Of a stretch of DNA of 32,000 nucleotides, positions 22,876 through 32,000 are shown piece by piece. The stretch spans positions 3,480,001 to 3,512,000 of the forward strand of contig NC_014034.1 of assembly GCF_000021865.1 (NCBI RefSeq), read 5' to 3'. Under the pieces are notes generated by a model. That model was not told the origin of the DNA, did not search any database, and worked only from the letters and a program-made list of their open reading frames with translations. Source of the stretch: Rhodobacter capsulatus SB 1003. Lineage in GTDB: Bacteria > Pseudomonadota > Alphaproteobacteria > Rhodobacterales > Rhodobacteraceae. How positions within the stretch are numbered: position 1 is the first letter of the stretch; each line of letters starts with the position of its first letter. The position numbers and the translations under genes were made by a program.

Positions 22876-22890
22876 CTGACGGAGGGTCCG

Positions 22891-23394
22891 ATGATCCGCG
22901 ATGCCACCCCCGAGGATGCCCAGGCGATCGCCACGATCTACAACGACGCCGTGCGCACGACGACGGCGATCTGGAACGAGGTCGAGGTGACGGCGCTGAA
23001 CCGTGTCGACTGGATCGCGGCGCGGCAGCAGGCGGGCTTTCCGGTGCTGGTGCTGGAGGAAGGGGCGAAGGTCGTCGGCTATGCCAGCTACGGGCCCTTT
23101 CGCGCCTTTGACGGCTATCGCGGCACGGTCGAGCATTCGGTCTATGTCCGCACAGATCTGCGCGGCGGCGGGCGCGGCCGGGCGCTGCTTTCGGCGCTGA
23201 TCTTGCGCGCCCGCGCGCAGGGGCTGCATGTGATGGTGGCGGCGATCGAGGCGGAAAACAACGCCTCGATCATCCTGCACCAGCGGCTCGGCTTTGCGGC
23301 GGTGGGGCTGATGCCGCAGGTGGGGCAGAAATTCGGCCGCTGGCTGGATCTGCTGTTGATGCAATTGCGGCTGGACGACCGGCCTCAGCCCTGA
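22891..23394 (+). CDS. GNAT acetyltransferase of the phosphinothricin / methionine-sulfoximine N-acetyltransferase (PAT) type
   Basis: 167-aa track ORF with a [90 protein letters not shown] is the typical PAT-family layout. Confidence 0.85.
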   Translation: MIRDATPEDAQAIATIYNDAVRTTTAIWNEVEVTALNRVDWIAARQQAGFPVLVLEEGAKVVGYASYGPFRAFDGYRGTVEHSVYVRTDLRGGGRGRALLSALILRARAQGLHVMVAAIEAENNASIILHQRLGFAAVGLMPQVGQKFGRWLDLLLMQLRLDDRPQP

Positions 23395-24107
23395 CGGGCG
23401 ATGGCCGCAATCAGCCGGTTGCGCGCCTCGGGCAGGGCCTTGCGGCTGTGCTCACTGGCAAAACGGGTGAGGAAATGGCCGGTCAGGGTCAGCCCCTGTC
23501 CGATTTCTGTCCAGGTCGCGGGCCCCTGCCCCAAAAGGCAAAGCGGCAAGGGAAGCAGTTTCGGCGCCCAGTCGCCCGCCCCCGCCCGGCTGACGGCGCG
23601 GCCCGTGCGCGGCGAGACGAAGGCCAGATCGTCGCGCGTGCCGGTGACGGCGCAGCGGCTCAGATCCAGCCCGAAGCCAAGGTCCTCCAGCAGCGCCATT
23701 TCCCAGATCAGATAATCGACCACCCAGCCCTCGGCCGCCTGTCCGATCACGGTGAAAAGCGGCTCGGTGGCGGCGTAAAGGCGCGGATGCGGCGCGCGTT
23801 CGGCCAGCACGAAGGACAAAAGCGCGCAGACGGCATTCAGCCCCATCAGCGCCAGCCGGTCGGAAAGCGCCCCCGCGCGCGAGGCCAGCGGTTCGACGGT
23901 GAAGCTGCCCAGCTGATCTTCCAGCCGGGCCCGCCAGGCCACAGCCACATGCGAGCCGGGCATCAGCACCGCCGCCATCTTGCGCGAGGCGCCACCGCGG
24001 ACGACGCCCAGATGCCGCCCATGCGTGGCCGTGAACACCTCGACAATCGCCGAGCTTTCGCCGTGCAGGCGGGTCGAAAGGATGGTGCCGCTGTCTTGCC
24101 AGTCCAT
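23385..24107 (-). CDS. recO: DNA repair/recombination protein RecO
   Basis: 240-aa track [40 protein letters not shown].. is RecO-like, and the gene sits in the conserved rnc-era-recO position. Its 3' end overlaps the convergent PAT gene by 10 nt. Confidence 0.9.
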   Translation of the reverse strand: MDWQDSGTILSTRLHGESSAIVEVFTATHGRHLGVVRGGASRKMAAVLMPGSHVAVAWRARLEDQLGSFTVEPLASRAGALSDRLALMGLNAVCALLSFVLAERAPHPRLYAATEPLFTVIGQAAEGWVVDYLIWEMALLEDLGFGLDLSRCAVTGTRDDLAFVSPRTGRAVSRAGAGDWAPKLLPLPLCLLGQGPATWTEIGQGLTLTGHFLTRFASEHSRKALPEARNRLIAAIARQG

Positions 24108-24189
24108 GGTGCCCGTGACGAAGGCCGGGGGTTTTGCACCCCCGGGCCCCCGCAGGATATTTGAGGCAAGATAAAAGCGAAAGCCGGGG

Positions 24190-24525
24190 TCAGTCTTTCA
24201 GTCCGTCTTCATCCAGAAGCGTGCGGCCGTGCCGGGCTTCGAGTTCGACGACCCAGAGATCGGGATCGAAGCTGCGCTGCTTGCGGATGCTTTGATCCAC
24301 CTCGGCCTCGGGGCCTTCGGTGAGCACGGTCCAGATGTCGCAATCGGCCTCGTAATCAAAGGTGCGGGTGTAAAGCTTCGCCAGCCCGTCGAGCGTCGCG
24401 CATTTGACCATCACGGCGCCCGAGTCAGGCTGACCCCGCGCCGCGATGAAGGCCGGAATGTTGTTCAATTCCAGACGCTTGAGATAGGCACGCACCCAAA
24501 GTTCGGCACGCAGGCGCGGTTGCAT
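24190..24525 (-). CDS. DUF1491-family protein (conserved alphaproteobacterial, unknown function)
   Basis: 111-aa track [45 protein letters not shown].. matches my recollection of DUF1491. It starts 2 nt after the era stop. Confidence 0.75.
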   Translation of the reverse strand: MQPRLRAELWVRAYLKRLELNNIPAFIAARGQPDSGAVMVKCATLDGLAKLYTRTFDYEADCDIWTVLTEGPEAEVDQSIRKQRSFDPDLWVVELEARHGRTLLDEDGLKD

Positions 24526-24527
24526 CC

Positions 24528-25439
24528 TCAGTCGCCGTCCTTGAAGTCGAGACCCATTTCCGTGTAGCGCTCGGCCTCTTCCTGCCAGTTCTCGCGCAGT
24601 TTGACCTGCAGGAAAAGGTGGATCGGACGGCCCATGAACTCGGCCATTTCGGCGCGCGCGGCGGTGGAGATCGCCTTGATCGTCTCGCCGCCCTTGCCCA
24701 GCACGATGCCCTTGTGACCGTCGCGGCTGACGTAGATGATCTGGTCGATCCGGGCCGAGCCGTCGGGCTTTTCCTCCCAGCGCTCGGTTTCCACCGTCAG
24801 CTGATAGGGCAGTTCCTCGTGCAGGCGCAGGGTCAGTTTTTCGCGGGTGATTTCCGCCGCGATCATCCGCATCGGCAGATCGGCAATCTGATCTTCGGGA
24901 TAGAACCAGGGACCCGCGGGCACCTGCGACGCGAGCCAGTCGCGCAGGTCATCGACGCCATAGCCCTTTTCGGCCGAGATCATGAAGGTCTTGGCAAAGG
25001 GGAAGGCGGCGTTCATTTCCTCGGCCAGGGCCAGCAGGCGTTCGGCCTTGACCCGGTCGATCTTGTTGATGGCCAGCGCGACGGGCTGCGTGCCCTCGCG
25101 CGCTTTCAGCGCCTCGATGATCGCCTTTGCGCCCTCGGTCAGGCCACGATGCGCCTCGATCAGCAGAACGACGATATCGGCATCCGCCGCGCCCCCCCAG
25201 GCGGCCGAGACCATGGCGCGGTCGAGCCGGCGCCGCGGCCGGAAGATGCCGGGGGTATCGACAAAGACCAGCTGCGCCGTGCCCGCCATGCAGACGCCGC
25301 GGATGCGGGCGCGGGTGGTCTGCACCTTGTGGGTGACGATCGAGACCTTGGCCCCCACCATGCGGTTGAGCAGCGTCGATTTCCCGGCATTCGGTTCGCC
25401 GATCAGGGCGACGAATCCGGCTTGCGTTTCTTCGGTCAT
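24528..25439 (-). CDS. era: GTPase Era
   Basis: 303-aa track ORF. G1 is [10 protein letters not shown] and G3 is DTPG, with NKID and a C-terminal KH domain. The ATG overlaps the rnc stop (ATGA). Confidence 0.95.
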   Translation of the reverse strand: MTEETQAGFVALIGEPNAGKSTLLNRMVGAKVSIVTHKVQTTRARIRGVCMAGTAQLVFVDTPGIFRPRRRLDRAMVSAAWGGAADADIVVLLIEAHRGLTEGAKAIIEALKAREGTQPVALAINKIDRVKAERLLALAEEMNAAFPFAKTFMISAEKGYGVDDLRDWLASQVPAGPWFYPEDQIADLPMRMIAAEITREKLTLRLHEELPYQLTVETERWEEKPDGSARIDQIIYVSRDGHKGIVLGKGGETIKAISTAARAEMAEFMGRPIHLFLQVKLRENWQEEAERYTEMGLDFKDGD

Positions 25440-26122
25440 GCGCCTCTCTCCAACCGTTCCAGAAGGGCCTTTGCGGCGGCCTGTTCCGCATTGCGTTTCG
25501 ATCCGGCCTGCGCCTCTTCGGTCTCGCCCGAGGCCAGCACCACCGCGATGCGGAATTGCGGCGCGTGATCGGGGCCCTCGCGGCCCAATGTTTCATAGCG
25601 CGGCGGCGGCAGGCCGCGGGCCTGGGCCCATTCCTGAAGCGCCGTCTTCGGATCGCGGGCGTCGTTGTCGACGGACTGGATCCGCCCGGCCCAGAGCCGC
25701 AGCACCAGCGCGCGGGCGACCTCGAAGCCCGCATCCAGATAGACGGCGGCAATCACCGCCTCCATCGCGTCGCCCAAAAGCGCATCCTTGCGCCGCCCGC
25801 CCGACATCATCTCGGACCGGCCCAGTTTCAGCACCGCGCCAAGATCGATGTCGCGCGCGACGGCGGCACAGGTTTCCTTGCGCACCAGGGCGTTGAACCG
25901 GGGCGCCAGCTGCCCCTCGGAGGCCCGGCCATCGGCGTGAAACAGCGCCTCGGCCATCGAGAGGCCCAGCACCCGGTCGCCCAGAAACTCCAGCCGCTGG
26001 TTGTCGGGCCGCGTGGCCGAGCCCAGCGAGGAATGCGTCAACGCCCGAACAAGATGCTCGGGCGTCGTGAAACGATGCCCGAGCCGGTCCATGAAGGCAG
26101 AGAGGTCTGCCGCAATTTTCAT
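25436..26122 (-). CDS. rnc: Ribonuclease III
   Basis: In frame with track ORF 25436..26428. The ATG at 26122 overlaps the lepB stop, giving 228 aa. [45 protein letters not shown] carries the RNase III signature, followed by a dsRBD. Confidence 0.95.
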   Translation of the reverse strand: MKIAADLSAFMDRLGHRFTTPEHLVRALTHSSLGSATRPDNQRLEFLGDRVLGLSMAEALFHADGRASEGQLAPRFNALVRKETCAAVARDIDLGAVLKLGRSEMMSGGRRKDALLGDAMEAVIAAVYLDAGFEVARALVLRLWAGRIQSVDNDARDPKTALQEWAQARGLPPPRYETLGREGPDHAPQFRIAVVLASGETEEAQAGSKRNAEQAAAKALLERLERGA

Positions 26123-26916
26123 TCGATCGCCTTGAAGAAGCGGTCCGCCCGCCAGGTCCAGAAGAAGAAGAGCGATTTCCCCGCCGAGGAGAACATCACC
26201 CGGTCGGCGCGGCCGACCAGATTTTCCGCCGGCACGAAGCCGACGCCGCCGATGCTTTGCGCAAAGCGGCTGTCCTCGGAATTGTCGCGGTTGTCGCCCA
26301 TGAAGAAATACTGCCCCTCGGGCACGACAAAGACCGGGGTGTTGTCGGCGCGGGTGCCGTCGAAGGTGTTCAGGATCGAGTGGCTGACGCCGTTCGGCAG
26401 CGTTTCGAGGAAGCGCTGCGACTGGCAATCACCGCCCTCGCCCACGGGTTCGTTGCGGCACAGCGGATAGCGCTTTTCTGGGCCCTGCGGTTCGAACACT
26501 TCCGAGAAGGTGCCGCCGTCTTCCAGCTTCACCGGGGCGCCGTTGATCTGCAGCACGCCGTTGACCATCTGGATGCGGTCGCCCGGCAGGCCGATCAGCC
26601 GCTTGATGAAATCGACATTGCGGATCGGATGGCGGAACACCACCACATCGCCGCGTTCGGGTTCACCGCCCAGAATGCGGCCCTCGATCGGGCAGGGCGA
26701 GAAATCGGCGCTGGAGAAGGGGCAGGAATAGCGCGAATAGCCATAGGCCATCTTGTTGACGAACAGGAAGTCGCCGATCAGGAGCGTGTCCTTCATCGAG
26801 CCCGAGGGGATCCAGAACGGCTGAAAGAACAACGTGCGGAAGACGCCCGCGATGATGAGCGCCCAGAACAGCGTCCGCGCCATTTCGCCGATGCCGCCTT
26901 CGGATTTGCTGGCCAT
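26119..26916 (-). CDS. lepB: Signal peptidase I
   Basis: In frame with track ORF 26119..26976. ATG 26916 follows an AAGAGG RBS and lies downstream of the acpS stop, giving 265 aa. It contains [10 protein letters not shown] (catalytic Ser box) and [11 protein letters not shown]. Confidence 0.9.
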   Translation of the reverse strand: MASKSEGGIGEMARTLFWALIIAGVFRTLFFQPFWIPSGSMKDTLLIGDFLFVNKMAYGYSRYSCPFSSADFSPCPIEGRILGGEPERGDVVVFRHPIRNVDFIKRLIGLPGDRIQMVNGVLQINGAPVKLEDGGTFSEVFEPQGPEKRYPLCRNEPVGEGGDCQSQRFLETLPNGVSHSILNTFDGTRADNTPVFVVPEGQYFFMGDNRDNSEDSRFAQSIGGVGFVPAENLVGRADRVMFSSAGKSLFFFWTWRADRFFKAIE

Positions 26917-26968
26917 GCTCTGCCTCTTGTTGAAACCTTGTCTTCCTTGGCCCGATGCGGGGGGCAAG

Positions 26969-27370
26969 TCAAGCAAGCGGACGCGCTTCGATGACGACGA
27001 AGGCCTGCGCCCAGGGGTGATCGTCGGTCAGCGTCACATGCACGACGGCCTGATGACCGGGCGGTGTCATCGCCGCCAGCCGCTCCGCGGCCCAGCCGGT
27101 CAGATGCATCACCGGCTGGCCGGTGGGCAGGTTGGTGACCGACATGTCCTTCCAGGAAATCCCCATCGCAAGGCCGGTGCCCAAGGCTTTCGAACAGGCC
27201 TCCTTCGCGGCCCAGCGTTTCGCATAGGTGCCCGCGACATCGGCGCGCTGCTCGGCCTTGGCGATCTCGGTCTCGGTGAAGACGCGGGTGCGGAAACGGT
27301 CGCCAAAGCGGGCCAGCGTGGCCGCGATGCGCTCGATATTGGCCAGATCCGAGCCGATGCCGAGGATCAT
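26969..27370 (-). CDS. acpS: Holo-[acyl-carrier-protein] synthase
   Basis: In frame with track ORF 26969..27496, with ATG at 27370, giving 133 aa. [39 protein letters not shown] is typical AcpS. The start overlaps the upstream gene's stop (ATGA). Confidence 0.9.
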   Translation of the reverse strand: MILGIGSDLANIERIAATLARFGDRFRTRVFTETEIAKAEQRADVAGTYAKRWAAKEACSKALGTGLAMGISWKDMSVTNLPTGQPVMHLTGWAAERLAAMTPPGHQAVVHVTLTDDHPWAQAFVVIEARPLA

Positions 27371-27813
27371 TTCGCCCCCCGGCCCCGGGCCTTTTGCCGG
27401 TCCGCCGCGCGCAGCTGGCTGCGGGCGCCCTGACCATAAAACAGATACGAAGCCGGAAAGGTGATGACGACGACAAGGCCGAGGATCACCGACCACAGCA
27501 CCGCATCAAAGCCGCGCAACATGGTGAGCAAGGCAGGATCGCCGAGCGACATCAGCACCAGAGCCGGGCCGAGCAGCATCAGGGTGAGCGCCGTCGCCAT
27601 CGCGGCAAAGCGCAGCGCCTCGGCCCGCGCGGGCAGGCGGCCGCTGCGCCTGGCAAAGACCTGCCCCTCGATCATCGCGGTCATGAAGACCGGCACGGCG
27701 GCGATGCCGACCGAGGCCAGATCGATCCCGGCAAGGCGCTCGAACACCAGCACGAGCCCCGAGACGACCAGCCCCGTCAGGATCAGAATCAGCCCATAGC
27801 GCAGAATCGGCAT
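27367..27813 (-). CDS. Hypothetical integral membrane protein (about 4 TM helices)
   Basis: 148-aa track ORF lying between pdxJ and acpS on the same strand. It has hydrophobic segments and is translationally coupled to acpS. I recognise no family. Confidence 0.6.
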   Translation of the reverse strand: MPILRYGLILILTGLVVSGLVLVFERLAGIDLASVGIAAVPVFMTAMIEGQVFARRSGRLPARAEALRFAAMATALTLMLLGPALVLMSLGDPALLTMLRGFDAVLWSVILGLVVVITFPASYLFYGQGARSQLRAADRQKARGRGAK

Positions 27814-27828
27814 TCTTGCCCCTTTCGG

Positions 27829-28572
27829 TCAGCGGCGCGCTTCATCCATCAGACGGCGCATTTCCGCGATCGAGGCCTCAAGCCCGATGAACAGCGCCTC
27901 GGCCATCAGGAAGTGACCGATGTTCAGCTCTTTCACCTCGGGGATGGCGGCGACGGGGGCGACGGTCTCATAGGTAAGCCCGTGCCCGGCATGGACCTCA
28001 AGGCCCAGACTGGCGGCCAGCGCCGCGGCCTTTTCCAGCGCCTTCAGTTCGGCATCGCGTTCGGCGAAACGGCCCTCGTAATGCAGGTCGCAGTAATGGC
28101 CGGTGTGCAGTTCGACGACAGCCGCGCCGATCGCCGCCGAGGCCTCGATCTGCCGCGGATCGGGGCCGACGAACATCGACACCCGGGCCCCCGCCTGCCG
28201 CAAGGGCGCGATATAGGCGGTCAGCCGCGCCTGATCGCCCGCGACATCCAGCCCGCCTTCGGTGGTGCGTTCCTGCCGCTTTTCCGGCACAAGGCAGACC
28301 GCATGCGGCCGGGTGGCCAGCGCGATGCGCTGCATCTCCATCGTCGTCGCCATTTCGAAATTCAGCGGGATCTTCAGGTTCGCCTTGAGCTCGGCCATGT
28401 CGCTGTCGCGGATGTGGCGGCGGTCTTCGCGCAGATGCGCGGTGATGCCGTCGGCCCCCGCGGCCTCGGCCATCAGGGCCGCCCGCAGCGGGCTTGGATA
28501 GGCCGATCCGCGGGCATTGCGGACGGTGGCGACGTGGTCGATGTTGACGCCCAGGCGCAGGGAACGGGTCAT
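27829..28572 (-). CDS. pdxJ: Pyridoxine 5'-phosphate synthase
   Basis: 247-aa track [69 protein letters not shown] is the canonical PdxJ sequence. Confidence 0.95.
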   Translation of the reverse strand: MTRSLRLGVNIDHVATVRNARGSAYPSPLRAALMAEAAGADGITAHLREDRRHIRDSDMAELKANLKIPLNFEMATTMEMQRIALATRPHAVCLVPEKRQERTTEGGLDVAGDQARLTAYIAPLRQAGARVSMFVGPDPRQIEASAAIGAAVVELHTGHYCDLHYEGRFAERDAELKALEKAAALAASLGLEVHAGHGLTYETVAPVAAIPEVKELNIGHFLMAEALFIGLEASIAEMRRLMDEARR

Positions 28573-28633
28573 GGGAACCTCCGGTCAGATGCGGCCACTA
28601 TGACGAAGCGCGGCGGCCGAGGGAAGATGCCGC

Positions 28634-29305
28634 TCAGCCCTTGTCGTCCTCGTGATCGGAGACGCCGACGGCGGGCGCATGCGGCAGCTTCACGGCGAGT
28701 TTCGCCAGCCGCTCCTTGAGCCGCAGGCGGCGACGGTTCTGATAGGCGGTGACCAGCGGCAGGGCGATGAAATAGCCCGCAAGCCCCCCCAGAACCCCGG
28801 GCACCATCCCGCCCAGCGTATAGGGCAGGAAGACGCCATAAAAGAAATCCGCCATGCCGACCCAATGCGTGTCTTCGGCGGTGAAGATCGCCAGCAGATT
28901 GTGGCGCAGATCGGCGAAAGCATCGGCAAAGACATCCAGCAGCCCGGCGGCATGGGCGGGATCGTAGCTTTGCCCCAGCATCGCATGGCCAAGCTTGATC
29001 GAGACCAGCGCGATCAGCGGAAAGGTCAGCGGATTGCCGACCAGCGTCGCGAAAAGCGAGGCCAGCACATTGCCGCGCATCAGTTTCGCCAACAGCGCGG
29101 CCGCCAGAAGATGCACGCCGAACAAGGGCGTGAAAGACACGAAAATGCCCGCGAAAACGCCCCGGGCGATGCGATGCGGCTTGTCGGGCAGACGGGTCAG
29201 ACGGTGGCGGATGTAGCTGAGCGCCCGCAGCCAGCCGGTGCGCGGCCAGACCATATCACGCGTCGACTGCCCCCAGCTCCGCTTCTCCCGCCGCTTGAAA
29301 ACCAC
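28634..29305 (-). CDS. DUF2062-domain membrane protein
   Basis: 223-aa track ORF with a GTG start preceded by a GGAAGG RBS. ..PHRIARGVFAGIFVSFTPLFGVHLLAAALLA..GNPLTFPLI.. resembles DUF2062. Confidence 0.7.
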   Translation of the reverse strand: MVFKRREKRSWGQSTRDMVWPRTGWLRALSYIRHRLTRLPDKPHRIARGVFAGIFVSFTPLFGVHLLAAALLAKLMRGNVLASLFATLVGNPLTFPLIALVSIKLGHAMLGQSYDPAHAAGLLDVFADAFADLRHNLLAIFTAEDTHWVGMADFFYGVFLPYTLGGMVPGVLGGLAGYFIALPLVTAYQNRRRLRLKERLAKLAVKLPHAPAVGVSDHEDDKG

Positions 29306-29323
29306 GTTCTGCCTTCCGTTCCC

Positions 29324-31441
29324 TCAGGGTTTGCGCGACAGGTCGCGCCAGCGCTGCACCTGCGCCACATCGGTCTCGGCTTCCAGCGCCGTCAGCAGCC
29401 GGTGCAGATGTTCGGCATCGCGCAGATCGACCTCTACCAGAAGCGAATAAAAGTCCGGTTTCTTGTCAAGGAAATGAAGGTCGGAGATATTGGCTTTCTG
29501 CGCCCCGATCAGCGTGCAGATATGCCCCAGCACCCCGGCGTCATTCGAGATGGTGATCTTCAGCGCCACCGAATAGACCGGCGGGTGGCTGCCCTCGTGC
29601 CAGTGCAGATCGACCCAGCGGCCCGGCTGTTCCTCGAATTCCTCAAGCGCGGGGCAGTCGATGGCATGAATGACCACGCCCTGCCCGCGATAGGTGATGC
29701 CGACGATGCGTTCCCCCGGCAGCGGCTGGCAGCATTTCGCCCGGTGGAAGGTCTGATCCGCGGCAAGCCCGATCACCGCGCGGCCGGGATCGACGGTTTC
29801 CGGGCCGCGGGCGGCCAGTTCGGGATAAAGCGCCTCGACCACCTCGCGCGCGGTCAGTTCGGCCGAGCCGAGCCGGGCCAGAACCTCGGTCTCGTCGGGC
29901 AGGCCCAGCGTCTTCGCCGCCGTCCGCAAAGCCTTGTCCGAGACCTTGCGGCCGACATGTTCAAAGGCCACCCGGGCCAGTTCCGAGCCCAGCTTGACGA
30001 AGCGGGTCCGGTCTTCCTCGCGCAGAGATTTGCGGATCGAGGCCTTGGCGCGGCCGGTGGCGACGATGTCCAGCCAGGTCGCCTGCGGCCGCTGCCCGGC
30101 CGCCGTGATCACCTCGACCGACTGGCCGTTCTTCAGCCGCGTCCAGAGCGGCACGCGGATGCCGTCGACCTTGGCACCGACGCAGGAATTGCCGATCCGC
30201 GTGTGGATCGCATAGGCGAAATCGATCGGCGTAGCGCCTTTCGGCAGCTTGATCACATCGCCCTTGGGCGAGAAGCAGAACACCTGATCGGAATACATCT
30301 CGAGCTTGACGTTCTCGAGGAATTCGTCGTGATCGCCCTCGGCAAAGCGTTCGGTGAGCGACGCAAGCCATTTCGCCGGATCGACGGCAAAGGGGTTCAG
30401 CGCCCGTTCGCCATCGCGGTAAGACCAATGCGCGGCCACGCCCGCTTCGGCCACTTCGTGCATCTGCCGCGTGCGGATCTGCACCTCGACCCGCTTGCCG
30501 TCGCGGCCGGACACCGTGGTGTGGATCGAGCGGTAGCCGTTCGATTTCGGCTGGCTGATGTAATCCTTGAACCGCCCCGGCACCGAGCGCCAGCGCTGGT
30601 GAATGAGCCCCAGAACGGCGTAGCAATCGGGCACGGACCGGGTGATGACGCGAAAGCCATAGATGTCGGAAAGCCTTGAAAAGGTAAGGCTTTTTTCCTC
30701 CATCTTGCGCCAGATCGAATAGGGGCGCTTGGCGCGGCCAAAGACATCGGCCTCGATCCCGGCCTTTTCGAGTTCATTGCGGATATCGGCGGTGATCTGC
30801 GAGATCACGTCGCCCGATTCCTTTTGCAAGGACACGAAGCGGCGGATGATCGAGGTCCGCGCCTCGGGGTTGAGCACCTTGAAGGCGAGGTCTTCCAGCT
30901 CCTCGCGCATCCACTGCATGCCCATCCGGCCCGCCAGCGGCGCAAAGATCTCCATCGTCTCGCGGGCCTTCTGCGCCTGCTTTTCCGGCCGCATGCTCTT
31001 AATCGTGCGCATGTTGTGCAGCCGGTCGGCAAGCTTGACCAGGATCACCCGCAGATCCTTGGACATCGCCATGAAGAGCTTGCGGAAATTCTCGGCCTGC
31101 TTGCTGGCCGAAGAGCCCAGTTGCAGATTGGTCAGCTTGGTGACGCCATCGACCAGTTCCGCCACCTCGGTGCCGAACAGCCCCTCGACCTCGGTGAAGG
31201 TCGAGCGGGTATCCTCGATCGTGTCATGCAACAGCGCGGTGACGATGGTGGCATCATCGAGCCGCTGTTCGGTCAGGATCGCGGCAACGGCAACGGGATG
31301 GGTGAAATAGGGCTCGCCCGAATGCCGGAACTGCCCGTCGTGCATCTTCAGCCCATAGGCATAGGCGCGACGGATCAGATCGGCGTTGCAGCGGGGATTG
31401 TAGTTGCGAACGAGCGCGATCAGGTCTTCGACATCGATCAT
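29324..31441 (-). CDS. spoT: Bifunctional (p)ppGpp synthetase/hydrolase (RelA/SpoT homologue)
   Basis: 705-aa track ORF. The HD domain is present (GEPYFTHPVAVAAIL..LLHDTIEDT), as are the synthetase domain (..YRSIHTTV..VEVQIRT..MH..AE.G.AAHW.Y), TGS and a C-terminal ACT domain. Confidence 0.95.
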   Translation of the reverse strand: MIDVEDLIALVRNYNPRCNADLIRRAYAYGLKMHDGQFRHSGEPYFTHPVAVAAILTEQRLDDATIVTALLHDTIEDTRSTFTEVEGLFGTEVAELVDGVTKLTNLQLGSSASKQAENFRKLFMAMSKDLRVILVKLADRLHNMRTIKSMRPEKQAQKARETMEIFAPLAGRMGMQWMREELEDLAFKVLNPEARTSIIRRFVSLQKESGDVISQITADIRNELEKAGIEADVFGRAKRPYSIWRKMEEKSLTFSRLSDIYGFRVITRSVPDCYAVLGLIHQRWRSVPGRFKDYISQPKSNGYRSIHTTVSGRDGKRVEVQIRTRQMHEVAEAGVAAHWSYRDGERALNPFAVDPAKWLASLTERFAEGDHDEFLENVKLEMYSDQVFCFSPKGDVIKLPKGATPIDFAYAIHTRIGNSCVGAKVDGIRVPLWTRLKNGQSVEVITAAGQRPQATWLDIVATGRAKASIRKSLREEDRTRFVKLGSELARVAFEHVGRKVSDKALRTAAKTLGLPDETEVLARLGSAELTAREVVEALYPELAARGPETVDPGRAVIGLAADQTFHRAKCCQPLPGERIVGITYRGQGVVIHAIDCPALEEFEEQPGRWVDLHWHEGSHPPVYSVALKITISNDAGVLGHICTLIGAQKANISDLHFLDKKPDFYSLLVEVDLRDAEHLHRLLTALEAETDVAQVQRWRDLSRKP

Positions 31442-31460
31442 CCGCGCTCGTTACCCTCGT

Positions 31461-31814
31461 TCAGTCGCGGCCTTGCGCGTCCATCAATGCGCGCAGCATG
31501 CGCTCTTCGTCCATGTCATCGACGCGCGGCCGGTCGATCTCGCCCGACATCAGAAGCGCCATTGCGTCTTCCTCGGGCTCGTCGACCTCGATCTGGGTCT
31601 GGTTGCTTTCGATCAGACGCTCGCGCAGATCATCGGCCAGCTGGGTTTCATCGGCGATCTCGCGCAGCGCGACCACCGGGTTCTTGTCATTGTCACGCTC
31701 GACGGTGATCGGCGCCCCGGCCGCAACCTCACGGGCGCGGTGGGCGGCAAGCATCACCAGCTCGAAGCGGTTCGGAACCTTGTCAACGCAATCTTCAACC
31801 GTCACGCGGGCCAT
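31461..31814 (-). CDS. rpoZ: DNA-directed RNA polymerase subunit omega
   Basis: In frame with track ORF 31461..31820. ATG 31814 (GGAG 6 nt upstream) gives the canonical [28 protein letters not shown]. The TTG at 31820 would add 2 aa. Confidence 0.95.
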   Translation of the reverse strand: MARVTVEDCVDKVPNRFELVMLAAHRAREVAAGAPITVERDNDKNPVVALREIADETQLADDLRERLIESNQTQIEVDEPEEDAMALLMSGEIDRPRVDDMDEERMLRALMDAQGRD

Positions 31815-31832
31815 CGGCAACTCCAGACCAAA

Positions 31833-31854
31833 GGGGGAGGTGTGAACCTCTCCC
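31833..31854 (-). terminator. Weak terminator-like hairpin between the folK-like gene and rpoZ
   Basis: The minus-strand RNA GGGAGAGGU-ucac-ACCUCCCCC has one A-C mismatch and is followed by UUU, just upstream of the rpoZ RBS. The U-tract is short and read-through is likely. Confidence 0.3.
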
Positions 31855-31886
31855 TTAGCCCCTTCCCGGGGCCTTTACAAGCGGCC

Positions 31887-32000
31887 CTACCCGTCGAAAG
31901 GGGCAGAAAACGGCACCATTGCCGCTTTTTCGGTCGCGTCCAGCGCCGCCAGCATCGCACCGACCGTCTTGCCGGTGACCGGATGACGCCACAGGGGCGC
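31887..32000 (-). CDS. 3' end of an upstream gene, possibly HPPK (FolK); partial at the right window edge
   Basis: Absent from the track because it is open at the edge. The minus-strand translation APLWRHPVTGKTVGAMLAALDATEKAAMVPFSAPFDG* ends at TAG (31889-31887). The WRHPV.G.T...L pattern resembles FolK C-termini. Only 37 aa are visible. Confidence 0.4.
   Translation of the reverse strand, partial: APLWRHPVTGKTVGAMLAALDATEKAAMVPFSAPFDG

Noticed and set aside
24125-24145. GC-rich hairpin (CCGGGGG-ttttgca-CCCCCGG) between DUF1491 and recO
   Set aside because: No U-tract follows on the transcribed (minus) strand, and it sits about 15 nt from the recO start. It cannot be called a terminator from sequence alone.
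28652-30679. 675-aa plus-strand ORF
   Set aside because: It is antisense to spoT and the DUF2062 gene, with low-complexity Arg/Gly/Asp composition. The minus strand encodes an unmistakable RelA/SpoT homologue.
1-32000. Search for tRNA/rRNA genes, CRISPR repeats, IS elements with terminal inverted repeats, integrases or prophage genes
   Set aside because: I recognised none by eye. All intergenic gaps are under 430 bp and are accounted for by promoters and terminators. The accessory-looking 8-21 kb block has no visible mobility genes or flanking direct repeats. A computational repeat search could still find short ones.

Overview
High-GC, alphaproteobacterial (Rhodobacter-like) chromosomal segment with about 35 readable genes. 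I see no rRNA, tRNA, CRISPR array, IS element or integrase. All functional calls rest on motif and family recognition by eye, because no database search was possible. Left third (1-7.7 kb): a partial flavodiiron gene (fprA-like, minus strand) lies divergent from a complete rnfABCDGEH operon. Two exact sigma-54 promoters and one palindromic NifA site sit between them. The gene order and proteins resemble the nif-associated rnf region of Rhodobacter capsulatus, which I cannot verify here. An FccB/SoxF-like Tat flavoprotein follows rnfH with no terminator. Middle (8.1-21 kb) looks accessory. It holds a choline-O-sulfate module (LysR regulator, orphan OpuAC-type binding protein, Cys-type sulfatase BetC). 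It also holds an anaerobic-sulfatase-maturase-like radical SAM/SPASM gene lying between a 1284-aa multi-PAS GGDEF-EAL gene and a low-complexity Ala/Glu/Pro-rich ORF. The rest of the middle is dapE-GNAT and a two-gene cassette of paralogous Hint-domain proteins preceded by an FNR/FixK-type box. Right third (21-32 kb): a methylsuccinyl-CoA-dehydrogenase-like ACAD and a PAT-type acetyltransferase, then a minus-strand housekeeping run. In transcription order that run is folK-like (partial), rpoZ, spoT, DUF2062, pdxJ, membrane protein, acpS, lepB, rnc, era, DUF1491, recO. Most long track ORFs antisense to these genes are high-GC artefacts. The best candidates for undescribed biology are the Hint-domain pair (19.3-21.0 kb) and the GGDEF/EAL, radical SAM, low-complexity ORF string (11.6-17.4 kb).
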